DNA from: Vicugna vicugna
Lineage: Eukaryota
Assembly: GCA_013265495.1 (NCBI GenBank)
Contig: MU058233.1
Span: 159,038-221,037, forward strand
Direction of reading: 5' to 3'
DNA length: 62,000 bases
The notes beneath the pieces were generated by a model. It was not told the DNA's origin. It saw only the letters and a list, made by a program, of their open reading frames with translations, and did no database searches. Below, in pieces: positions 48,967-61,150 of this stretch. Position numbers and translations under genes: made by a program. Each line of letters begins with the position of its first letter. The stretch's first letter is position 1.

Positions 48967-49539
48967 GTATGTTCCGGAGCCCAGGCTGAGGTGCCCTCAG
49001 GGCCCAGGTAGCGGCTTAGTTTGGGAGTTCCTGTGTGGCGGCCACGTGTTTCTGAAGCACGGCCCCTAAATGGAACTTGGTTTTGGTTAGTTTCTACTTT
49101 GAAAGTTAAGTTTTCTTTGGTGATAATCAGCTAAACAAAATATTTATGTGAATATTTACGTGTCCTGAAGTTAGAAGTTTGTCGATTGAACCGATATATT
49201 CCAGTTTGATTTTCTGTGTGCATTTGTAGGCTCTTTAATCCTCATGATATAGTTAAATGTAAAACCATTTGCTTTTTCAAGTTGCCATTCATTTTTCAAA
49301 CTGAATTTTTTCTTCAGCTTATGAACTTAATGCACATTTTGTGTAAAAGATTCAGACAGTTCAGGAGAGGGTAATTTAAGTCTACTTCTGTCTGTTGTTC
49401 CTTCCTCGTTCCCTAGCCACAGACGTAGCTGCTAAGATTTGTTTACATTCGCAGACCTTTTTCTGTCCACACACAAGCATTGTTACAGATGTGTCATTCT
49501 GAAAAAATTCCAGTGTGACCCTGTGTACACCGTTTTGTC

Positions 49540-49687
49540 TTTTTTTTTGGTGGGGGTAGGTAATTAGGTTTACTTACTTATTTTTTAAATAGTATTTATT
49601 TTATTTTTTAATCTAAGTCCTGGGGATGGAACCCAGGACCTCCTGCATGCTAAACACACACCCTACCACTGAGCTGCGCCCTCCCCC
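49540..49687 (-). mobile_element. Vic-1-like SINE
   Basis: gggtaggtaattaggttt...ctggggatggaacccaggacctcctgcatgc...ccactgagctgcgccctcccc. Confidence 0.85.
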
Positions 49688-50523
49688 CACACCGTGTGTC
49701 TCTAGTATTCCCGGCGGTGGACCTCTTCCTTTTTGACGGCTGCAGGATCTTCCACTGCACGGTGCTTTCTGCTTTGTTCATCAGACCCTTGTTAGCATTC
49801 ATTTATTAGTATCCTTTTTTCCTGTTATAATCAGAACAGGACTGAGCATTTAGTTGCGTATTTTTTCCTACGTCTTTCCCCACACATCTGAAAGAAGAGC
49901 TCCTAGGAATGACATTGCTGGATCAGGCGTCTGTGTAGTTAAATTCTGGTGATGCTGAGTAGCCCTCCAGCGGGACAGGGCCAGTTGTCCCTTCCGTCAG
50001 CTATTTCCAGCCATTTTTATTAAGTATGATCAGTCTTTTAATCTTTGTTGATCCAGTGGGTGAAAAATCAAGTCTTTCGTTTTGTTGTGACTTTCATTTT
50101 GATGAGGTTGCAGTACCTCTTCACCTTTCTAACCACCTGTGGGTGTCGCTCTGCCAGCTGCTGGTGTTCTCTGCCCATTCTGTCTGGCTGTCGGTCCTCT
50201 CACGTTAATGTGCAAGAGCTCTCAGAGTGTGGAGTGGGTGGAGCGAGATAGCCTTTGGCCCGTCATGTATGTTGCAAATGTTGTCTTGTAGGTTGTTGCT
50301 TGTCCTTTGCCTTTTTATGCAAAGATGCTTTTTCCTATATTTACAAACATGTAATGGAAAGAAATTATGTTTATCAACCTTATCTTTTATGGCTTCTGCA
50401 TTTTGGTTCATGTTTAGAAATGCCTCTGTGCTTAAAGATGATAAGAACACTTACACTTTTTTTCTACTACTTTTGTGGTTTTATTTTTACATCAAACTGC
50501 ACCTTTTCTGAAAATTACTCTAG

Positions 50524-50631
50524 AGCAGTGTAAGAGACCTCGACTTGAAGTGGGTCACCAAGCGGCAGTTTTCCAGCACCCTGGGGTGAACACAGGAGTT
50601 CCTCTTCAGCAGTTAATGCCGACAGCTCAAG
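50524..50631 (+). CDS. EP400: EP400 exon, EQCKRPRLEVGHQAAVFQHPGVNTGVPLQQLMPTAQ
   Basis: ctctag acceptor; donor AAG|GTAAGA; 108 nt, phase 1 to phase 1. Confidence 0.92.
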
Positions 50632-51122
50632 GTAAGACCCAGCACCGGAGCCAGCTCTCTTAGCTCAGAGGGAGGGAGTGCAGGGAGGTCTTAAGAAACC
50701 AGCATCAGGCTGAAATATGTGGAGTCAGGTAGCATATTTGAAGTGGTTTCTGGAAACGGGACGTTCCTCTGAGTCCCGGTTAACTCTGAAGAAACCACGG
50801 AGACCAGTTCTGGACACTTAAGCGGAGCCGCATGCCCCTCTGTCCTCCAGCTGCCCCCAGCTGCCCCCAGCGCTCACTGCTGTGTCTCCTGCCCTGCCGC
50901 TGTGGTAGGGACCCCGCGGCGCTGCCACGCCTGTGCTGCTTGGCGCTAGCTTGCAGAGGCCAAGGGCCTTCCTTTCCTTTTTTGTGTGCTCGTGTATAAC
51001 ATCAGAGCTAATATACACAGATTTCCCGCCAGTTAAATTTGCCGTTTGCGTGTGCGACGTTCTGAGTTGAGGGGTCTGTGACACACCGGAGTCAGTGCTG
51101 GGGGATCTGCCCTCTTCTGCAG

Positions 51123-51502
51123 GAGGAATGCCGCCTGCCCCGCAGGCCGCTCAGCTCGCCGGCCAGAAGCCGAGCCAGCAGCAGTACGACCCATCCACGG
51201 GGCCGCCGGTGCAGAACGCTGCCAGCCTGCACACGCCGCCGCCGCAGCTCCCGGGCCGGCTGCCCCCCGCCGGTCTCCCTGCCGCGCCCCTCCCGTCGGC
51301 GCTGCAGTTCTCACAGCAGCCACCGGTGGTGGAGCCGCAGACCCAGCTCCAGGTCCCTGTGAAGACGCAGCCGCCGAGTGCCCCGGTCCCTGCTGCACCA
51401 CCCGGTCAGCTGCCCGCTCCCCCGCCGGTGCAGCCGGCCCTCCACGTCCCAGTGCCTGGGAAGGCGCAGATGCAGGCCCCACCGCTTTCGGCCCAGTCAC
51501 AG
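51123..51502 (+). CDS. EP400: EP400 exon, GGMPPAPQAAQLAGQK...PLSAQSQ (Pro/Gln-rich)
   Basis: tcttctgcag acceptor; donor CAG|GTACCG; 380 nt; restores phase 0. Confidence 0.93.
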
Positions 51503-53214
51503 GTACCGGCCCCTTGCTGCTACCCTGGTGAGAAATGGCCGAGAGGGCAGGACATGTGTGGGCAGGACGGGGCACTGCGTGGTAATTCACTCTCCCAGCA
51601 GTTCCTCTCCTACGTCAGAGCTGTAGTTAATTTGGTAGCTACGAAGTAATGTTATTGAGTCTGTAACGGCAGTTACCATTATTAAATACCAGGAAACGGC
51701 ACGGTTCTTATTGCTGCTCTCAGTACAGGGAGGCCTGTGAAGGGCCTTGTGTCCCTTGTCGCACCTGGTGGAGGTCGGTGGCAGGAGCCCCCTTACCAGG
51801 CGGGAGGGAAGACCGGGGCGGGGATGTGCTCTGGCTCCCCCTCCGCGGGTTCCGGCCCTCCGGACAGTCCGCTCTGCAGGCAGGATGAGGCACTTGCCTG
51901 CCAGGCTTGAGGTGCATTTCTCGTGTATATAATGCTCCCCCGCACCCCCCGCTAGTTCATTGTACCCAGATGCCTTTGAACCGCGCGCAGTGAACCGCGT
52001 GGGGCCCTGACGACTGGTGCGGCCCTGAGCGCGGGTGCAGCCTGTCTGCAGCCCCGAAGTGGGGGCGGTGTTTCCGGAGACTCAGCAGTGTGTGGTCGGC
52101 CGGAGTAGGAAAGCCCCCCTTCCTCTCCCCCTCCCTCAGTAACAGGGAGGTTTCCTAGCTGGGCTTTGAGTTCAAGTTCTTCTGGCGACTGGGGAAGTCT
52201 GCTGTTCCTTCACCAGGTGGGAGGCGGGGCGACCAGCACTTACCCACACACCAGCTCCTTTACCCCCATTTAGCTGGGAGAGGACTCAGGCCAGAGAGGC
52301 CCTGTAACCTGACGGGATCGGACAGTTGGCGCTAGAGGAGCTCTGCTGATTGATTCTAGAGCTGTTCATAAAAGACTCTCCTTCCGGGTTGGGCAGGGGC
52401 TGGCAGCGTGTTCTGTGAAGGGCCCCAGAGAGTGGGCTGAGCAGGCCGTGTGGTCCTTGCTGAGTCGCTCAGCCGTGCTGTTGAAGGTGCAAGGGGCCCC
52501 AGGCGCACAGATGAGTGGCTGTGGCCAGTAGAGCTCTACAGAAGTGTGTGGCTGGCCGGGCTTGACTGGGCGCTGAGGTGGGAGCTGAGGAAGATGTATG
52601 GGGGACTGGCCTTGCTGCGGGGCCTCCTCCGCGTTCCGGGCTGTGAATTGGCGCCTTCTTCCTGCACCCGTCCACAGCCCTCCCTGCTCCCCTCCCCCGA
52701 CGGAATCCCTGTGTGGACTTAGCTTCATCTTCAGTCGGGGTGGGAGGGGCCCCTCTGCTTGTGCCGGGCCCTAATCTTTACGGGCTTTGCTGTCGGGACA
52801 GCACAGAGCGGGCATTTTGACCTTGCACTTGCCTGCACACGAGGGTTGTGGAGAATTTGTATTTGCCCTTCAGGGAAAAGGCACAGGATGGTCATTTGGT
52901 ATTTTTCAATTAAAAAGGAGCTTACGTAGCTAAAAATTCTAAAACGTTACTTGAGAAAGTGAGAAAAAGCTTACACGACATAAGGAAATACGTGAAAGCA
53001 CAGCTTATGGTTGTTCTTACTGTGGCCTTGTGACGAAGGGGCCAGTGTTCTCTGGGGACACAGCTTGGGTTGTGTGTTTCTGTGCTTTGCGTGATCATGT
53101 GTGGTGTGTCGGCGGTGGCGGGGGCGGCCCTGGGGTACCTTCCCCTCCGTGGGCGAGGCCGGCTCTGGCCCTCGGGTCTGGGAGCGGCACTGAGGCTCTG
53201 TTCCTCCCCACTAG

Positions 53215-53502
53215 CCGGTGGCGCCGACACGACCCTCTGTGGACCCCGCCCAGCCCGGTCAGCGGCCCTCGGCCTCCTCGTCTACCTCATCCGTTGCTCC
53301 TGCAGGCGGCCCGGGCCCGTCGCCTGCACGGGCCTCCCCGGTGAATAGACCCTCCTCAGCAGCCAACAAGTCACTCTCCCCGGTCGCCTCCCGGTCCCCG
53401 GGGGCAGCTGTGTCTGCACCCCCAAAACCGCAGAGCCCAGCTCAGAATGCCGCCCCGCCCCAGGACAGTTCTCAGGACAAGCTCGCAGAACAGATAGCAC
53501 TG
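53215..53502 (+). CDS. EP400: EP400 exon, PVAPTRPSVDP...QDKLAEQIAL
   Basis: ccactag acceptor; donor CTG|GTAAGT; 288 nt. Confidence 0.93.
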
Positions 53503-54281
53503 GTAAGTGCGCTGCATTTGTTTAAAAGTTAAGCTGAAGGAAATTGTACAGTCTGTTCCAGTTTGCGAGATGCGTTAGAGTTTAATGTCTGCGGGACAGT
53601 AGTTGAAAGCTGAGCACCTGAATGTAAGGGTGATTGAACGTGGTTTGGGGTCCGCAGAAACAAAGATGAAAACCGAGTAGTTGACCTGCCCTGCTGGAAG
53701 TCGACGTGTGTGGAGACAGGCTTTCTTGTGCCGAGAGCAGCGATCTGGGGCCGCTGTTGCTGCAGGCAGGGGGGCCGGGGCGTGCAGGGCAGGCCCTTGC
53801 GGGTCACCGCCTGCCCTCAGTGCCTGCTGCCCTTGGGTGACAAGGCAGTCGTTCTGCTCGGCTTCATTAGGGGAGTTAAAAGAGACATAAAATAGGCCGG
53901 ATGTCGCGAGCCCGGCAGTCCCCGTCGCTTTTTGACGTGGGGCTGGTCCAGGGCCTGCTTGTAGATCTCCTTCCCTTCCCCATGTGGAGGCGGGTTCCTG
54001 GCGGGTGTCGCCTCCTGTAAGTGCTCCGCTGTGAGCACTGGTCTGCAGGCGCTGTCCCTAGTCTCCGGGCGGGGGCAGGAGTGTGGCTTCAGCTGCTTCC
54101 GGCGCCCCTGGGGGCCGCACACCCCCGCCCCGATCTTTCATGGAGCTGTTGTCGGCTTTGTGTCTGGCTCGCTCTTTGTTACCGAGACTTCTGCGTAGTC
54201 GGTGTGCAGGGGTCATGGTGTGAGTTAGCAGTGTGCCTCCAGCTACGTGCTGGACCTTCTTCACCCCTTCGCTCCTTACAG

Positions 54282-54467
54282 GAAAACCAGATCCATCAGC
54301 GAATCGCAGATTTAAGGAAGGAAGGCCTATGGTCCCTCAGACGGCTGCCGAAACTGCAGGAGGCGCCCCGCCCCAAATCGCACTGGGATTACCTGCTGGA
54401 GGAGATGCAGTGGATGGCCACAGACTTCGCCCAGGAGAGGAGGTGGAAGGTGGCCGCTGCCAAGAAG
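54282..54467 (+). CDS. EP400: EP400 exon, start of HSA domain (ENQIHQRIADLRKEGLWS...HWDYLLEEMQWMATDFAQERRWKVAAAKK)
   Basis: ccttacag acceptor; donor AAG|GTAGTC; 186 nt; canonical HSA motif. Confidence 0.96.
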
Positions 54468-56129
54468 GTAGTCCTGCGACGCAGGCAACGGCGCTTCTCT
54501 GTCATCACTGGGTGGTGTGAGGGGCTTAAAGGGCTAGAGATGGGAAGTCTCCCAGCCCCGCCATCTGAAGGATTTCTTGGCTCGTGAGTAGATGGAGAAT
54601 GCTTTGCTGTTGTTGACAAAGTAGCTGCTGAGTGACTCACTTCTGAGGGCTGTCATCCGTGCTCCAGCGTGGCCTGTTGGGCTGTAGGGTGCAGATGTGG
54701 CTGCCCTGCCGCAGCTCTGGCCTGGGGTTTAGGTTCCTTGTCTCGCTGGAATGAGGATGCCTGCAGCCCTGAGAACGAGGTGAGAGCTGGAGTGGGGAGA
54801 GGCCAGTGGACGGTGAGCAGCCCGGGCGCCATCCCCGGGCCTCCCGGCCGTGCGCCGCCCTGGGGCCTGCTCTGCGCGGCCTAGTCTCTGGTCCAGCTTC
54901 TCTAGTTGCGGCTCGGAGTTTGTTTCCTTCTCTCTGCTCCCTGAGCAGGCACCCAGCCCTGGGGGATGCCTGGCAGCTGGGAGGTGCTGCAGCTAACGCT
55001 GGCGATGTAGAAGGTGATAGATCTCTAGAAACCTTAGGTCCTGAAACGCGGAGCACCTGTCCTGCATGTGTGCGCACAGCTCGGGGCCCATCGTCTCCCA
55101 CCTCCATCGCTGTGCCAGTGTCTTTGTTCCTCAGGCCTGTGTGCCGTCTTCGTGTTTCCTGTACCCTCAGGACTAGGGACTGAGTCTGTGTGCCCTGCCT
55201 GTCCACCTCCCTCCCCTGAGCTCTCCCCTCACTCTCCCCACGTAGTTTTGGTAGAGAAAAGCTGAGACCACGGGGATAACAGAGTTCCGAGTGTAAAGGG
55301 TCTTAAATCAGATTCATGGATATTTCAGAAGCAGAAGTTGCTCCTTAAGCATTTTCTTTTTCATGAAGGAAGATGGTCCTGAGCATGTAGACACAGGGCT
55401 GGGCAGGGCGGTGGACGGGGGACACTGACACTGAACCAGGAGCTGTGACCGCGTGCTGACACTGAGCCAGGAGCTGTGGCCGCGTGAAGCAGGAGGCTTC
55501 ACGCAGGAGGGTGTGATCAACCAAGACCAGGCCCCTGGAGTCGTGTGGCAGGAGGCCGCGTCAGTGTCCACCTGGCCTCCGGCACGCTTCTCACCAGAAT
55601 CAGGGCGCCACAGCGTGCTGTGCTTAGGGCTGGGGGCATGCTCATTTCTAAGTTATTTCTGCACCTTTCTGAGGCACTGCTGGTGGGGGTGTAGAGAGTA
55701 TAAACTCTGGAAGCAGTTGGCAATATAAAGCAAAAACCTTAAAAAAAAAGAATTATCCCAACCCAACTTTTTTAACACCTAGGAATTAAATAAATTTTAC
55801 CGCATTCACGCAATGGAAATGGTAACCATTAAAACTCATCTTGATCTGTGTTGATTGGTAGAAAGATGTTAGTCACATGTTAAAGGGGGAAAGAAGATTG
55901 TAGCACATGTGACGCTGCATTTTGGAGAGAAATGCGTGGACTTAGTAAAACGGCACTTTCTGGAAAAGTCAGGCGGAACGTCGACAGCGGTTCTTGCTGG
56001 CCTCAGGGCTTCTCCTGTGCGTCCTGGGCCGTGTGTGTGGCCTCGGGCTGAGGGCAGTGTGGAGAGACGCCGTGTCTCTTCCTAGCCCGACATGGCACAG
56101 CGTTAAGGGTCTCGAACTTTGCTCACCAG

Positions 56130-56270
56130 CTTGTGAGGACCGTGGCGCGGCAACTGGAGGAGCAGCAGCTCCGGGAGGAGCGCGGGCGCAGAGAGGCACA
56201 GAGCCGCCTGAGGCGCATCGCCGCGTCGGCGGCTCGCGAGATAGAGCACTTCTGGTCGAACATCGAGCAG
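56130..56270 (+). CDS. EP400: EP400 exon, HSA domain (LVRTVARQLEEQQLREE...FWSNIEQ)
   Basis: caccag acceptor; donor CAG|GTAAGT; 141 nt. Confidence 0.96.
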
Positions 56271-56711
56271 GTAAGTGCTGGTGCTAACGGGGCCCTGGAA
56301 ACGTGGCCACGTCCTGCCTGGCGAGGCTGCCTCCTGCACGCTGCCCGGCTGAGGAAGGGGGACGCCCACGGCAGGTGGCCCTGGCGGGTCCCGGCGCTGC
56401 CTGTCGGCACCCCTGACTGTTGGCTCCTTAGGAGACCTGGCTTCCCGCTGTTTCTCTTAGCATGTTGAATACCCGCCAGCTGTAGCCCGCATGCCCCCGG
56501 CAGCGTGTGAGCGAGCCTTCCTGCGGGGTCTTTCAGGCCTTTCTGCTCGGCAGCAGTGCTGGTCACTACAGGCAGCTTGTCTCCAGAACGGCTGCTCTGT
56601 CTCTAACTTCCTTTGAATAAAAATTCACATCTTGCTGCCTGGCAGTATTTGGGCAGGATGCCGTGGCCACAAAACAGTGAAAAGGGGCCAGACTGAGCAT
56701 TTCTTTCTGAA

Positions 56712-56908
56712 GTGCCGCTGGCCTTTGAACAACGCGAGGGCTGGGGCGCCGACCTTCCGCGCGGGTAATTGGCCGCCGTGTCTGCGGTTCCATCTGCGGG
56801 TTCAGCCAGCCGCAGACCGTGTCGTTCTGTAGTGTTTACTCTTGGGAAAAACCCGTGTGAAAGTGGCCCCGTGCCGCTCAAACCCGTGTTGTTCAAGGGT
56901 CAGCTGTA
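56712..56908. mobile_element. Tigger2/MER8-like MITE with terminal inverted repeats
   Basis: gctggcctttgaacaac ... gttgttcaagggtcagc inverted termini. Confidence 0.75.
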
Positions 56909-57034
56909 GTTTGAAAGGAGGCTGGGACAACTGTGCTTCTGGACGATGTGTGTGAGTTGTAACGTCTTCATATACAGAACTTTGTTGTTTACGTTCCTAG
57001 TCACATGCTTACTTATTTAACCCTTTGCATTTAG

Positions 57035-57113
57035 GTTGTGGAAATAAGCCTACAAGTAGAATTAGAAGAAAAAAGGAAAAAGGCCTTAAACTTACAGAAA
57101 GGATCCAGAAGAG
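57035..57113 (+). CDS. EP400: EP400 exon, VVEISLQVELEEKRKKALNLQKGSRR
   Basis: atttag acceptor; donor GAG|GTATGA; 79 nt. Confidence 0.94.
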
Positions 57114-57865
57114 GTATGACACCCGTTCAGAAGCCGTCCCCTCTCCCAGGCTGTGTTTGTCCCGATGGCTGGCCATCGCCTCGTGGACCCGGGGGGTCCC
57201 CTGCTTACCAGCCTGGTCCTGGTTTCTCTCGTGTGCTGTGGGAGCTGACTGTCTTAGTTCTTTTGAGATTCACCAGGATGAGTCAGTACCCTCGGGGTGA
57301 TCAGCTTTGGGGTGCTCTCAGAGCCGGGGTTCTGAGCCTGCCCCTGGCCCATCCCTGGACAGGGAGTGAGCTCCCCAAGAGCAGTGCCCACCGGGTGCCT
57401 GTGCACCATGGCCTGGCTTCGACCACGTCTGTAGTGGCAGCCCCATCACTGGACTCTCTGAGGTGTGCCAGGCCCTGGGGAGCGGTCCTCACCGCCAGAG
57501 TTCTGGGCACAACACCTCCCTCTTACTGATGGGGAAACTGAGGCAAAGAGGCAGCCGCCGCCGGAAGTCTTGGGACTGTAAGATCATGCAGATCATCAAA
57601 TAAGAACTTTCCCAGATGGGAGGCTTCTGGGTACCTGTAGAATCATGGGTGCTGAAAGCTGCGAGAGGCCAGCGCTTGGCGGGTGTGGAGGTGGGGCCGC
57701 TGCCTGGCGTGACTGGGAGGAAGGCAGTGGGACTGGCTCTTGCTGTCTGCTCCTCATGGGGGCAGGTAGCCGGCGGCCTCCGTCGGCACAGGTGCCCTGG
57801 GTGTGTGTGAAGGTCACCTCCTCCTCGGCCCCGGGGAAAACGAACCACATCACCTGTCGTTTTAG

Positions 57866-57915
57866 GGAAAGAACTGAGACCTCAGGGACTCGATGTGTCA
57901 CCGGAGAGCTTCCTG
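57866..57915 (+). CDS. EP400: EP400 small exon, (G)KELRPQGLDVSPESFL
   Basis: ttttag acceptor; donor CTG|GTAAGT; 50 nt; needed to go from phase 1 to phase 0. Not shown in frame in the ORF track. Confidence 0.9.
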
Positions 57916-58303
57916 GTAAGTTCCGGGTTGTGGTCTCGCGGTGTCAGTGAGATACAGTGTCTGGCAAGATGCACTGACTCGTTTTATCTGAGAAACTTGC
58001 AGATTGTAAATAGCGTTTTGTTATAAAATCAGTCTGCCTTTGGCACAGAACTGTTCTTTATAGCTTTAGCTCACGTGGGGTGTCAGGCTGGTGGTCTGGG
58101 GAGACGCAGCTGAACACAGTGACTGTGGGTCGTCTCACTCCTCTGCTGCCCCCTGCCTTCCCGTGACTCTGGGCGGGTGGCCCGCACGCCTGCCTCCGGC
58201 TCTCCTTGTCTTTTAGGTGCGTGTTAGGTAGTCATGTCTGCTTTGGCTTCTCATTGTGTTTTCAGATCTCAGGCGTGCATGCGATCTGTGTTCTGTGTTT
58301 CAG

Positions 58304-58361
58304 GATCCGGGAACATCTGGGAGGAAGAGAAAAGCCAGCACGTCACTGACGGATGATGAAG
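58304..58361 (+). CDS. EP400: EP400 exon, DPGTSGRKRKASTSLTDDE
   Basis: tttcag acceptor; donor AAG|GTCTGT; 58 nt. Confidence 0.92.
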
Positions 58362-58536
58362 GTCTGTCCCCGGTGCTCTCTACTGTGCAGGGCTCCCTGA
58401 GGTTGCAGGTGGAGCGCTCGCTCTGTGCGGCCTGTGTGGCGAGTGTGTCCTTGACCAGAAGAGCCCAGTGGCCCAGGGGCTTGTGTTGTGGGGCAGGTGC
58501 CTTGGTGGATGGTGGGGCTTTGCAGTGAGGAGATGG

Positions 58537-58595
58537 AGTGTGTGTGTGTCTGCGTGTCTGTGTGTGTCTGTGTGTGTGTGCTCGCGTGTGTGTGT
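58537..58595. repeat. Imperfect (TG)n microsatellite
   Basis: Directly visible. Confidence 0.9.
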
Positions 58596-59218
58596 GGAGG
58601 AGGGGCAGTAAGTGTTGGTGGGAAGGAGTCAGCTAAGAAGGGCTGAGGCTGGTGGGAGAGAAGGCGCAGGCCGCCTGGGAAGGCCTCGTGTGGCGGGCGC
58701 TCACGCCCAGCTGGAGAGGCGGCCCGTGGGCGGTGGAGCTCTGCCGGGGGTGCTGGTAGACTCTTCTCCACCAGCATGGGGTTTGGGGGTGCAGGGCCGA
58801 AGCCGGTTTGAGACGGTGGTTGCACAGGACGGGGGCTGAGCTGAGGGAATCCTGAGCTGGGCAGTGGCCGGGGCATCTCTGAAATGGGTTGGGACGCACG
58901 TCTAGTGACCCCAGCAGCATGTCTGCGGGTCTCCGGCAGTGGGGCAGCAGACTCCCCGGGCGGGAAGGGAGTTTGGCCTCCTGCCCTGTGCTGGCCCGAG
59001 TAGGTCTGTCACATTGTGAGGAACCAGGCTCTCTCTCACCCTGAAATTAAGAGGAAGTATGGTTTCTGTTGTTTGCTCACTTAATAAACTATCATTTCCA
59101 GGTTTAACCTGAGAAGTGACAAGACTTCATTTTCTCCTCTAATTAGCAGAGCAGTTTTGAAGCCTTGTAGCGTTTCACGAATAACTTTCTTGCTGGTGTT
59201 TCCTGGTAACCGTTTCAG

Positions 59219-59308
59219 TGGAAGACGAGGAGGAGACGATTGAGGAGGAGGAGGCGAACGAGGGGGCTGTGGATCACCAGGCCGAGCTGTCTGACCTAGC
59301 CAAGGAAG
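59219..59308 (+). CDS. EP400: EP400 exon, (V)EDEEETIEEEEANEGAVDHQAELSDLAKE
   Basis: tttcag acceptor; donor AAG|GTGGGC; 90 nt; acidic segment preceding the DBINO/SNF2 region. Confidence 0.93.
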
Positions 59309-59479
59309 GTGGGCTGCGAGTAGCTTACTGAAGTGCTCAGCCGCATGTTCAGAACCCATGCGTGGTCCCGAGCGCAGGGCGACCAGCCACGCTGCCCGGG
59401 GTAGGAAGGGCGCCCGTTCCTGCCCCTCCCGTCCCCGGGGGCGACGGCCACGCTGGGTCCTGGGCTTGTCCTTCCCTTG

Positions 59480-61150
59480 GTTCTGTTCTCCCCCCGCCCA
59501 CGTGGGTCCTGAACGCAGCGCTTCACTCGCCGTGTTGAAACTTCGTAGAGACAGGCTCACGCTGCAGGTTCACCGCCTGCTCGTCTCGCTCAGTTCTGTC
59601 CCCAAGTTTCGTCCCCGTTGTTGTGTGAACTCTGGGTTCATTCTTTCTCACTGCTGGACGGTGTCCTGGTGCCGGCCTGTCCCGGGCCATCCGTGTGCCA
59701 CCGGGGTGAGCCGTGGCCCCTGCCTCCATCCACGCGGACGCCCCGCACACAGCTTCCTCTGTTTCCTGTGCACATGGGCGTGGCGTCCGCTCAGAGCAGA
59801 GGCCCCGGTGGTCGTCCCGGGCTCTGCGGCTCAGGGCACTTGCTGTCCTGGTGACCAGCGAGGCGGGGCGCAGCGTTTCTCCATGGGTTTCCCGGGGCAG
59901 CGGGCCTTGCCTGTTGGGTTTTGAGTTTTTCTCTTTGTGTGTCCTGGGCACGAATTCCTTGTTAGTGATGTGTGTGGTAGTGATCTTTTCCCAGTTCACG
60001 GTGCGTCTTCATTCTCTTTGTGGTGCCTTTTGAGGAACAAGTGTTGTTAATTTCAGCATAGTTGAAGAAAAAAAAGCTTTTTAATCTCAAGATCAAAAGG
60101 CTGTCTTTCTGTACTGTCTGAAAGGTTTTGTTTTTGCTCTCGTGTTGCTGTCTTTAGTTCATCACGCGTGGCTTTTGTCTGTGGTGCGAGGTAAGAGTGC
60201 AGCCCCTCTTCCCCGCACGGGGGACTGCTCATCTTCCCTCAGTGTGCTCGGCGCGCCCTCCTCCAGGCGGCCACGTGTCCGGGGACCTTTGTTGTTCTGT
60301 TGGTCGGTTTATCCCGGTACCACACCATCTCGATTGCTCTGGCTCCGTAGTTGTTCTTGGGGTCTGGCTAGGTAAGTCCTTCTGCCCAGTTGTTTTTTTA
60401 GGGGAGTCCTGACAGTTGGGGGCCTATTTCAGATACATCTCCGAATCAGCTCATCAGGTTTCAGAGAAAAAACTGGGGATTTTAATTTGAATGTGGTTGA
60501 ACTAGTGGGTGTTTGGTCAGAACTGCGTCTTTATGAAGTTGAGCTTTTCCAGCCTATGGTCAGAGTGTCCTCTCCGTTTACTTAGGTCTTTGTCTGTTTT
60601 TATTTTTATTTTTTAATTGAGGTACAGTCAGTTTACAGTGCTGTGTTAATTCCTGGTGTGCAGCACAGGGCTTCAGTTGTACATGAATGCACATACATTT
60701 ATTTTCGCGTCCTTTCTCACCGTGAGCTGCTACAAGATACTAAACAAATCTCCTTGTGCTGCACAGTATAAACTTGTTTATCTGTGCTTAGGTCTTAAGT
60801 GGCTTCCACGAATGTTATAGGAGTTCATCTTTTTTGTTAGATTTATTTCTAGATGCATTATCTTTTTTGAAGTTGTAGTAAATGGCGTATTTTTAAGACT
60901 GCAGGTTTAATTTGTTGCTGGTACGTAGAAGTGCAGTTGATTTTCACGTGTTGATCTTAAACCCAGCTGCTCTGCTGAACTCTGGAGTTACTCCTGTGGA
61001 CATAACCTCCTGTCTCCAGAGAATGACAGTTTTTCCTTTGTGACCCTGGTCATTTTATGACTGTTCCTCGTGATGAAGTGTAGAAATAGCGGTGCTGATG
61101 GTGGACACCTTTGGCTTGTTCTTGAGCTGAGAGGGGCACTTACACCGGAA
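59480..61150 (-). mobile_element. Old GC-shifted L1 remnant with a young L1 3' tip at about 60591-60786
   Basis: Antisense L1 phrases; the nested piece is flanked by CTTAGGTCTT at 60581-60590 and 60787-60796. Confidence 0.65.
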
